DNA of 64,000 nucleotides from an uncultured Clostridia bacterium (GTDB lineage Bacteria; Bacillota; Clostridia; TANB77; CAG-508): NCBI GenBank assembly GCA_944392425.1, contig CALXWM010000002.1, positions 3,346 to 67,345 of the forward strand, read 5' to 3'. Shown piece by piece: positions 56,657 to 64,000 of this stretch (position 1 is its first letter; each line of letters starts with the position of its first letter). The notes under the pieces were generated by a model. It saw only the letters and a program-made list of their open reading frames with translations, ran no database searches and was not told where the DNA came from. The position numbers and the translations under genes were made by a program.

Positions 56657-57493
56657 ATGATGAATACAAAAACAATTAGATACATAATATATGCTGTAAT
56701 TATAATATTTTGTGTTGTAGCAATTGGCTTAGGTGTATATGCACAATTTTTTACAAATGAGCCTATACAAGATGTGTATGGAAATGATATTTCAGCTGGA
56801 GGAAATATAATTACTCACCAAGATGTAAATCAAGCTTTTATAGATTTATTTACAAACGAATTTTATTCAAATTATAATGACACAAATATTACTAAAATAG
56901 ATGATACTAAAGAACTTGTATATACATTTTATGAAGACAATCAGAATGTAAGTGGAAAATATAGTATGAATATTCATATACCAGTTATAAATATACAAAG
57001 TGATGTTGTAACAGGATTTAATAACCTAACGCAAAGTATATTTGTAGACAAAATAAATTCAGTAATGGCAGGAACTGAAGTATATACAATTTATAACTTA
57101 GATTATATTGCTTATGTGAATAATAATCTATTGTCGGTTGCAATAAAAGCTACTATAAAAGAAGGAGATAATCCTCAAAGAGTGATAGTTCAAACATATA
57201 ATTATGACTTAGAAACAAACCAAGCTGTTACTTTAAAAGAAGTTTTAGAAGATAGAGATATTGATGAAACTGTTGTTGAAAATAGAATTAGAACTGTGGT
57301 ACAAAATGCAAGTAATGATGCAGACAAAATGGCTGAATCAGGCTATACAGTTTATCAAAGAAATGTAAATGATGAAATGTATCAAATAGATAATATTACA
57401 AACTTTATTGAAGGTCCAAATGGTGAATTGTATATAATATTTGCATATGGAAATAATAATTATACATCTGAAATGGATATTATACAAATTTAA
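56657..57493 (+). CDS. Membrane-anchored extracytoplasmic protein, unknown function
   Basis: N-terminal TM helix YIIYAVIIIFCVVAIGLGVYA. Promoter-like TTACTA-16-TGgTATAAT upstream. Confidence 0.55.
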   Translation: MMNTKTIRYIIYAVIIIFCVVAIGLGVYAQFFTNEPIQDVYGNDISAGGNIITHQDVNQAFIDLFTNEFYSNYNDTNITKIDDTKELVYTFYEDNQNVSGKYSMNIHIPVINIQSDVVTGFNNLTQSIFVDKINSVMAGTEVYTIYNLDYIAYVNNNLLSVAIKATIKEGDNPQRVIVQTYNYDLETNQAVTLKEVLEDRDIDETVVENRIRTVVQNASNDADKMAESGYTVYQRNVNDEMYQIDNITNFIEGPNGELYIIFAYGNNNYTSEMDIIQI

Positions 57494-57566
57494 TGTCATA
57501 TATTTGATATAAAAATATTAAATTACAATATAATAAGAAATAATATCTAAAAATTATAGAAATATA

Positions 57567-58262
57567 ATGGAGCAATATATGAAGAAAAAAGAATTTACTT
57601 TTCACAATATAATTTGGTACATGATTTTGTTTAGTATACTAGGTTTATTAATAGAGACTATTTATGGCTATGTTTCAACAGGAATATTGGAAAGTAGAAA
57701 AGGGCTTATTTTAGGCCCTTTCTGCCCAATATATGGCATTGGAGCGGCCTTTTTTATTGTATTACTTAGCGACTATAAAGAAAGCAAAGTTAAATTATTT
57801 ATTATGGGTGCAATTGCAGGAACTATTTTTGAATATATTTGCAGTTATATACTTCAAGTAATATATGAAAGTATGTTTTGGGATTATTCATATACAACAT
57901 ATCAAATAAATGGCAGAGTTTCGCTTACTTATACATTATTTTGGGGCATTTTAGCAGTTTTATTAATAAAATATATTAAACCACAATTTGATAAAGTAAT
58001 AGATAAAATACCAAAAAAGCCATGGGATAAAGTTATAACTATATTTTTAATAATAGATATACTTATAACAATTTTAGGAATAACCATATATATGAATAGG
58101 GCGGAAAAGAAATACAATAATGAAACATTTAATGAAAATGTACTAGATAAAATATTTAATGATAATATAATGTCATTTATATTTCCTAATTTAAGATTTA
58201 CAGATGAAGTTGGCAATTCAATAATGGTAAGAGATATACTAAATGAAGTTACAATTCAGTAA
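57567..58262 (+). CDS. Polytopic membrane protein of the 'putative ABC-transporter type IV' (PF06541-like) family
   Basis: ILGLLIETIYGY...GPFCPIYGIGA motif recalled for that family. About 5-6 TM segments. Confidence 0.5.
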   Translation: MEQYMKKKEFTFHNIIWYMILFSILGLLIETIYGYVSTGILESRKGLILGPFCPIYGIGAAFFIVLLSDYKESKVKLFIMGAIAGTIFEYICSYILQVIYESMFWDYSYTTYQINGRVSLTYTLFWGILAVLLIKYIKPQFDKVIDKIPKKPWDKVITIFLIIDILITILGITIYMNRAEKKYNNETFNENVLDKIFNDNIMSFIFPNLRFTDEVGNSIMVRDILNEVTIQ

Positions 58263-58283
58263 TATTTATTTATTTAAAAGTTT

Positions 58284-58423
58284 CAATACATATTCTAGAA
58301 CATTTCAGCGAACGAGAGCAGTTACAGCATTTGTGATTTGCAATATGGATTATCTGCGAAGTGGAGCGGGCAAGTTGGAGCGAATAGCGACCCGCGCGGC
58401 GAAATGTGAAGGAATATGTATTG
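58284..58423 (+). repeat. GC-rich TIR element (MITE-like), orientation A
   Basis: CAATACATATTCT ... GAATATGTATTG. Its reverse complement aligns almost base for base with 53171-53310. Confidence 0.85.
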
Positions 58424-58600
58424 AAAACTTTTAAGTTTAGGTTATATATTTATGATGAATTGTAACGAAAAAACAAGAAAAAATAGCTTTTTTTGCATAA
58501 ATTGGTTGAAATTGCTTAAAATATATGGTATAATTATAGTTGTCGTCGCAATAAAAAAGGAGTGTGAACGTATATTTTAAGTAAAAGAATAGCATATTAT

Positions 58601-59545
58601 ATGAAACGAACGATGAAGCTCATTAAGATAATAGCTATTGCTTTAGCAATAATAATTGCAATAATGTTAATAAAATTTAGACCAGCATATAGTGTTAGTC
58701 TAAATGGTGAAGATTTAGGATACGTAGGGGACGAAGAAGAATTTAAAAATGAAGTAAATGAAAATATATTAACACCTAGTGAATCAAATGTAGCATTTGT
58801 TGAACTTGATAATGTGGAATATACCTTTAGCTTAGTAAGTAGAAGTGAAGTAAATGAAGACGAAGTTATGCTTGCTTTAGAACAAAGTGCACAAAATGTG
58901 TATAGAGTATTTGAAGTAGCAGACTTAAACAATGAAGAGACTAAGGTATATGTAAATACAATGGAAGAAGCAGAAGAAATTGTTTCTACATTAAAAGAAC
59001 AATATGGTGAAATAGAACCAGATTTAGTTATAAATCAAATTTATCTAGATAATGCTGACGAAGTTAATGAAGAAACGATTAAACTTGCAAAACAAGAGTT
59101 AACAAATAGTTTGCAAGAAGAATTAGAAGAAAAACAAGAAATTGATAGTAGAACTGTTAATGGAATTTACTTAGCGGTTGTACCTGTTACAGGTAGAATT
59201 ACATCAAGATTTGGTGCAGTTGAAAGCATAAGAGACCATACACATAAAGGTATAGATATTGCAGCAACAAGAGGTACACCAATTTTGGCTACAGCATCTG
59301 GTAAAGTATCATTTGCCGGATGGAGTAGTGGGTATGGTTACTTAGTAAAAATAGACCATGGTAATGGTGTAGAAACATATTATGGTCACTGTAGTAAATT
59401 ATATGTTTCTGCTGGTGATACAGTAGAAGCTGGTAAACAAATTGCAGCTGTTGGTTCAACAGGTAACTCAACAGGTAACCACTTACACTTTGAAATTAGG
59501 TTAGATGGAAAACAAGTAAATCCACAAACTTATGTATATCAATAA
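58601..59545 (+). CDS. M23-family metallopeptidase (membrane-anchored)
   Basis: HKGIDIAA and GNHLHFEIR motifs. N-terminal TM helix. Confidence 0.85.
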   Translation: MKRTMKLIKIIAIALAIIIAIMLIKFRPAYSVSLNGEDLGYVGDEEEFKNEVNENILTPSESNVAFVELDNVEYTFSLVSRSEVNEDEVMLALEQSAQNVYRVFEVADLNNEETKVYVNTMEEAEEIVSTLKEQYGEIEPDLVINQIYLDNADEVNEETIKLAKQELTNSLQEELEEKQEIDSRTVNGIYLAVVPVTGRITSRFGAVESIRDHTHKGIDIAATRGTPILATASGKVSFAGWSSGYGYLVKIDHGNGVETYYGHCSKLYVSAGDTVEAGKQIAAVGSTGNSTGNHLHFEIRLDGKQVNPQTYVYQ

Positions 59546-59550
59546 AAATA

Positions 59551-59637
59551 AAGCTTAAATTTAACAAGACTTAAATTTAAGCTTATTTTTTGTCTTCAAA
59601 TATTAAAAAGATGATACTTTATAGGTATCATCTTTTT
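59551..59637 (+). terminator. Two tandem hairpins after the M23 gene
   Basis: AAGCTTAAATTT/AAATTTAAGCTT followed by a T-run, then AAAAAGATGATAC/GTATCATCTTTTT. Confidence 0.55.
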
Positions 59638-59763
59638 GAAAATAAAAGGGGATGTTTTTTAAATTCAATCAGTAATCGGAGTAACTTAACTACTGATTAT
59701 GGTTATATTATAATAATGAAATTTGTCCATTTTGTGAACTGGGTGTGATACATTTGAAAAAAA

Positions 59764-59794
59764 TTTTCAGTTGGGGACGATCCCAACTGAAAAT
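59764..59794. repeat. TTGGGGAC-type hairpin downstream of htrA
   Basis: 12-bp stem TTTTCAGTTGGG / CCCAACTGAAAA with loop GACGAT. Confidence 0.6.
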
Positions 59795-59803
59795 ACAAAT
59801 TTA

Positions 59804-61087
59804 CTAAGGTTGTTCTGCTAAAGTTAATTCTACTGTTTCTTCCTTTCCACTTCTGTATATTTTTAAAGTCATTTTATCGCCAATTTGATGACCATTTTTG
59901 ATTTCATTTAAGTCATCCATACTTTCAACTGTTTGACCATCAGCTTCTATAATAATATCTCCAATTTTTATTCCAGCCTTTTCAGCAGGAGAATAATCTT
60001 CAACACTTCTTACATATGCTCCAACTCTTAAATCGAATGTAGGGTTTGCTTTTACAGTGTCTTCTGTAATATCACTGCCTGTTATACCTATATAAGGTCT
60101 TTTTACTTTACTATATTGAATTAAGTCTGAATAAATGTCTTTGGTATCATTTATAGGAATAGCGAAACCTAATCCTTCAACACCTTCACCAGAAGCTTTT
60201 AATGTATTTATACCTATAACTTGACCTTTGCTATTAACTAAAGCACCACCACTGTTTCCTTCATTTATAGCTGCATCAGTTTGAATTACATTATATGTTT
60301 TACCTTCAGAATCTGTAATTTGTCTATTTAAAGCACTTATTGAGCCTTGGCAAACTGTGCTTCTCATTCCTAAAGGATTACCAATTGACATACACCATTC
60401 TCCAACTTGTACTGTGTCTGAATCACCTAATTCAGCAGCTGTTAACCCAGTTTTATCGATTTTAATAACTGCTAAATCTGTTTGCTCATCAGTACCTATT
60501 ATTTTGGCTTCATAAGGAGTGTCATCATTGTATAAATATACAGTAACCTTGCTTGCTTCGCCTACTTCATAATAAGAACTAGAACTTGAAGAGTCTATAA
60601 CATGGTTATTTGTTAAAATATATCCATCTTCACTAATGATTACACCAGATCCTTCTGCACTAGCAGTAGATTGGTTACGAGAAAATATAGAACTTACAGA
60701 GTATTCTACATTTATACCAACTATTGAAGGTAATACTTTTTGAGCTACATATACGCCAGTATCAGAAATATTAGATAATGAAACTAAGTTCATATTTACA
60801 TTATTATAATTAATATTTGAATTGTTATCTCTTTGAGGAGTATTATCATCTCCTAGTATTTCACTTTTTATTGCAGGAACACTAAAACACACTCCTAAAA
60901 CGAGTGTTGCACCTATAATTCCACTTACAAAAGGTAAAACTACTGTTTTGCCAAAGCCTGATCCTGAATTTGGCTTTTTCTCTTTTGGAGGTTTAGAAGC
61001 TTTTGGGGCTTTTGTTGCTTTAAAGCCATTTGATGAATTTGTTTCTGTTGCATTTGTATTAATAAAATTGTTGTTTGAACTATCCAT
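59804..61087 (-). CDS. htrA: HtrA/DegP-family serine protease with PDZ domain
   Basis: Catalytic triad contexts TNNHVI, DLAVIKI and GNSGGALV. N-terminal TM segment and C-terminal PDZ-like region. Confidence 0.85.
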   Translation of the reverse strand: MDSSNNNFINTNATETNSSNGFKATKAPKASKPPKEKKPNSGSGFGKTVVLPFVSGIIGATLVLGVCFSVPAIKSEILGDDNTPQRDNNSNINYNNVNMNLVSLSNISDTGVYVAQKVLPSIVGINVEYSVSSIFSRNQSTASAEGSGVIISEDGYILTNNHVIDSSSSSSYYEVGEASKVTVYLYNDDTPYEAKIIGTDEQTDLAVIKIDKTGLTAAELGDSDTVQVGEWCMSIGNPLGMRSTVCQGSISALNRQITDSEGKTYNVIQTDAAINEGNSGGALVNSKGQVIGINTLKASGEGVEGLGFAIPINDTKDIYSDLIQYSKVKRPYIGITGSDITEDTVKANPTFDLRVGAYVRSVEDYSPAEKAGIKIGDIIIEADGQTVESMDDLNEIKNGHQIGDKMTLKIYRSGKEETVELTLAEQP

Positions 61088-61417
61088 TATAAATCAATCC
61101 TTTCTTGTGTTTACTTAAGGCATACATACTTATGAAAAATACTTTCAATTAAATGATTCCTTACATATTATTTAGGTTTTGAAAAGGATACCTATAAACC
61201 TTGAATAATATAAGATAAATATAAAAATTCTACATATATATTACCCTAACTAGCATCTATAATACAACCTAATTGTGAAAAAAATGTGAAAAAGATGTTA
61301 CATTTTATTAACTTTTTGTAAAATATATGATATACTTACCACGAATACTATATAATCTTATAAAGTGCAAAATAATATAAGCAATTAAAAAAATATTTTA
61401 TTAAGAAGGATTGAAAA

Positions 61418-61873
61418 ATGAATACAGAAAAAGGAATGGGAATTATTGCAATTATTATAGCTGTACTAGTGATTGCCGGAATAGCAATATTTGCATATAA
61501 TTTTATAGTAAATACGGCAGATGAACAAAAATTAGAAGATATAAGAGCAAATATGCTTTTAATACAAGGAAAATGTAAGATATTGCAAGAAACAACAAAA
61601 GTAAACAATAATCAAGATGGATTAAAAGGTAGGAAACTATCTGAAATGCAAGAAGACAGTATTGTTTCAGAGTTTTTAAATAAAAATATTATTGACTCTA
61701 GTAAACTTGATAAATATTATGCACTTAGTAATGAAGACTTAAGTGCTATGGAACTTGATATAAAAAATGAAGAAGATTCATATTATGTTGTTAACTATGA
61801 AGAGAATGCGGTTTATATTACAAAGGGGTATAATGCTAAGGATAGTGAAGAAGTTTTTTATAAATTAGATTAA
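61418..61873 (+). CDS. Small membrane-anchored hypothetical protein
   Basis: N-terminal hydrophobic helix GIIAIIIAVLVIAGIAIFAY. No prepilin cleavage motif seen. Confidence 0.5.
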   Translation: MNTEKGMGIIAIIIAVLVIAGIAIFAYNFIVNTADEQKLEDIRANMLLIQGKCKILQETTKVNNNQDGLKGRKLSEMQEDSIVSEFLNKNIIDSSKLDKYYALSNEDLSAMELDIKNEEDSYYVVNYEENAVYITKGYNAKDSEEVFYKLD

Positions 61874-61894
61874 TGTAAAAGGAAAACATATTAA

Positions 61895-62533
61895 ATGAAA
61901 GAAAAAGAAGAAGAAAGATTAATTAATTTAAAAAAATATGAAGAAAATTTATATAATGAAGGATTAAAATATATTTGTGGAATTGATGAAGCAGGAAGAG
62001 GACCACTAGCTGGACCTGTAGTGGTTGGTGCTGTTGTTATGCCAAGAGATTCAAAACTAGAATTTATGAATGATTCAAAAAAGGTTACTGCAAAAAGAAG
62101 AGAAATATTATATGATGAAATAAAAGAAACAGCTCTTGCTTATGGAATAGGAATAGTACCTCAAAATGTTATAGATGAAATAAATATTTTAAATGCAACT
62201 AAAAAAGGCTTGCACGAAGCATTGGGGCAAGTAATAGAAAAATTAAAAGCTAAACCAGATATAGTAATAGTTGATGCTTTGAGAGAAATAGACACATTTG
62301 GAATAACGTATGAATCGATTATAAAAGGTGATGCTACTTGTTATTCAATATCTGCAGCATCAATTCTAGCAAAAGTTACAAGGGATAGAATAATGGAAGA
62401 GTGGGATCAAATTTATCCAGAGTATGGATTCAAGGCGCATAAAGGATATGGTACTGCAAAACATATTTCTGCTATAAAAGAATATGGACCTTGTCCATTG
62501 CACAGAAAAAGTTTTATAACACATTTTATTTAA
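61895..62533 (+). CDS. rnhB: Ribonuclease HII
   Basis: GIDEAGRGPLAGPVV, DSKK and HKGYGT motifs. Confidence 0.9.
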   Translation: MKEKEEERLINLKKYEENLYNEGLKYICGIDEAGRGPLAGPVVVGAVVMPRDSKLEFMNDSKKVTAKRREILYDEIKETALAYGIGIVPQNVIDEINILNATKKGLHEALGQVIEKLKAKPDIVIVDALREIDTFGITYESIIKGDATCYSISAASILAKVTRDRIMEEWDQIYPEYGFKAHKGYGTAKHISAIKEYGPCPLHRKSFITHFI

Positions 62534-62536
62534 AAT

Positions 62537-62598
62537 TTTACTTTGGGGACGGAGCAAAACGTAAAATTTTACAAAAAGGACCGTCCCCAACGTAAAAA
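62537..62598. repeat. Palindromic GGGGACGG/CCGTCCCC element, 'empty' form
   Basis: The arms TTTTACTTTGGGGACGG ... GGACCGTCCCCAACGTAAAA match those flanking the nested element at 31161-31397. Confidence 0.7.
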
Positions 62599-62612
62599 GT
62601 AAAGGAGTTCAA

Positions 62613-63866
62613 ATGAATATTTTAGATATAATTGCAAAGAAAAGAGATAAAAAAGAATTAACAAAAGAAGAAATAGAATTTTTTGTAAAAGGTTATACAG
62701 ATGGAAGTATAACTGATTACCAAGCTTCTGCCTTGGTTATGGCTATTTATATAAATGGCATGAATGAAAGAGAAATAACTGATTTGACTTTATCTATGGC
62801 ATATTCCGGAGATGTGCTTGATTTGTCTAGTATAGGTGAAGTTGTAGATAAACATAGTACAGGTGGCGTTGGAGATAAAATCACTTTAATATTAATGCCT
62901 ATTGTTGCATCTCTTGGTATTCCTGTTGCAAAAATGTCCGGTAGAGGACTTGGCTTTACAGGAGGAACAGTAGATAAGCTAGAGTCTATTCCAGGATATA
63001 ATACAAATGTGCCAGTAGATGAATTTATACAAAATGTTAAAAAAATAGGTATAAGCTTAATTGGACAAACTTTAAATTTAGCACCAGCAGATAAAAAACT
63101 ATATGCATTAAGGGATACAATAAGCTGTACTGAAAGTATACCTCTTATTGCTTCAAGTATTATGAGTAAAAAAATTGCATCAGGAGCTAATAAAATAGTT
63201 ATAGATGTTACTTGTGGAAGCGGTGCATTTATGAAAGATGTTGAGAGTGCAAAAGAACTTGCAAGAGTAATGACAAAAATAGGGGAATTAGCACATAAAG
63301 AAACCAAATGTGTTATTACAGATATGAATGAACCTGTTGGATATGCAGTTGGCAATACACTTGAGGTAATAGAAGCAATTGATATTTTAAAAGGCAAATA
63401 TTTGCCAAAAGATATTAAGCATATAATAACAGAATTAGGAGCTAACATGCTTGTGCTTGCTAATAAGGCTGGCAACTTGGAAGAAGGAAAAGCTAAAATA
63501 TTGGAAAATTTGCAAAATGGTAAAGGATATGAAAAATTTGTCGAACTTGTGCAAAATCAAGGTGGAGATATCTCGTTTATTGAAAATACAGATAAATTTG
63601 CAAAGGCAAAATATATAATTCCAATAATCGCTGAAAAATCAGGAAATATTGTAAAGCTAGATGCACTTAACGTAGGAAAACTATCTGTATATTTAGGCGC
63701 GGGAAGAATGAAAAAGGAAGATGATATTCAAAAAGAAGTAGGTTTTATTTTCCACAAAAAAGTTGGTGATAAAGTGGAGAAAGGCGATGTACTTGGATAT
63801 ATTCATTCAAATGATGAAGAAAAAGCTAAACAAGTTCTAAAAAGTCAGATTTATGAGATTATGTAA
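62613..63866 (+). CDS. pdp: Pyrimidine-nucleoside (thymidine) phosphorylase
   Basis: KHSTGGVGDK and SGRGLGFTGGTVDKLESIPG motifs. Confidence 0.85.
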   Translation: MNILDIIAKKRDKKELTKEEIEFFVKGYTDGSITDYQASALVMAIYINGMNEREITDLTLSMAYSGDVLDLSSIGEVVDKHSTGGVGDKITLILMPIVASLGIPVAKMSGRGLGFTGGTVDKLESIPGYNTNVPVDEFIQNVKKIGISLIGQTLNLAPADKKLYALRDTISCTESIPLIASSIMSKKIASGANKIVIDVTCGSGAFMKDVESAKELARVMTKIGELAHKETKCVITDMNEPVGYAVGNTLEVIEAIDILKGKYLPKDIKHIITELGANMLVLANKAGNLEEGKAKILENLQNGKGYEKFVELVQNQGGDISFIENTDKFAKAKYIIPIIAEKSGNIVKLDALNVGKLSVYLGAGRMKKEDDIQKEVGFIFHKKVGDKVEKGDVLGYIHSNDEEKAKQVLKSQIYEIM

Positions 63867-64000
63867 TAGAAGATTCTAAAAAATTTATTCTATTGCAAAT
63901 TAAAATGTTAAATTAATTTCATTAAAAAACTAAAGCAAAAATTATAGAAACACGATTAGGTTTGAAAAAACTTAACCGTGTTTTTTTAAAATTAATTAGA

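Noticed and set aside
58243-58434. 63-aa plus-strand ORF (MKLQFSNIYLFKSFNTYSRTFQRTRAV...).
   Set aside because: It runs straight through the GC-rich TIR element copy at 58284-58423. It exists only because the GC-rich repeat lacks stops.

Overview
Visibly AT-rich chromosomal segment of a low-GC Bacillota (Clostridia-like) organism. This placement rests on the rpsL-rpsG-fusA-tuf str operon, holB-ricT synteny, a clostridial 2x[4Fe-4S] ferredoxin beside a four-subunit 2-oxoacid:ferredoxin oxidoreductase, ClpE, ComEC and WalRK-like genes. TAG, TAA and TGA all act as stops, so the standard code applies. No rRNA, tRNA, CRISPR array, integrase or transposase gene was seen.

Layout:
- 1-14.2 kb looks accessory. 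It holds an SMC/Rad50-like ATPase with a CxxC hook, coupled to a gene cut by the window edge (Lamassu/ABC-3C-like). Next to it is a tight three-gene cassette of a TM-anchored protein, a PrrC/RloA-like (AAA_13-type) ABC ATPase and a GNAT. This cassette is my best candidate for an undescribed defence or abortive-infection system. The rest is two metallophosphoesterases, orphan proteins, NUDIX, SDR and MBL-fold genes.
- 14-24 kb is dominated by a 2755-aa cyclic beta-1,2-glucan synthase-like gene.
- 24-64 kb is mostly housekeeping.

The intergenic DNA is unusually structured:
- A GC-rich family of roughly 116-142-nt elements with terminal inverted repeats: six full copies, one fragment and one mini-hairpin, including one between fusA and tuf.
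- A palindromic GGGGACGGTCC element seen once empty and once with the GC-rich element nested inside it.
- A 144-nt structured repeat in two near-identical copies, one abutting a truncated LMW-PTP gene.
- A TGTCAAT..GGGAC..ATTGACA hairpin family.
- Two orphan promoter-terminator units (sRNA candidates), one convergent with a 23-aa hydrophobic peptide gene (type I TA-like).
- A Panacea(DUF4065)-type TA pair just downstream of tuf.
- Three in-frame-stop lesions (likely pseudogenes).

All calls come from reading the sequence and recalling motifs. No searches were run, and hand-counted coordinates of small features may be off by 1-3 nt.
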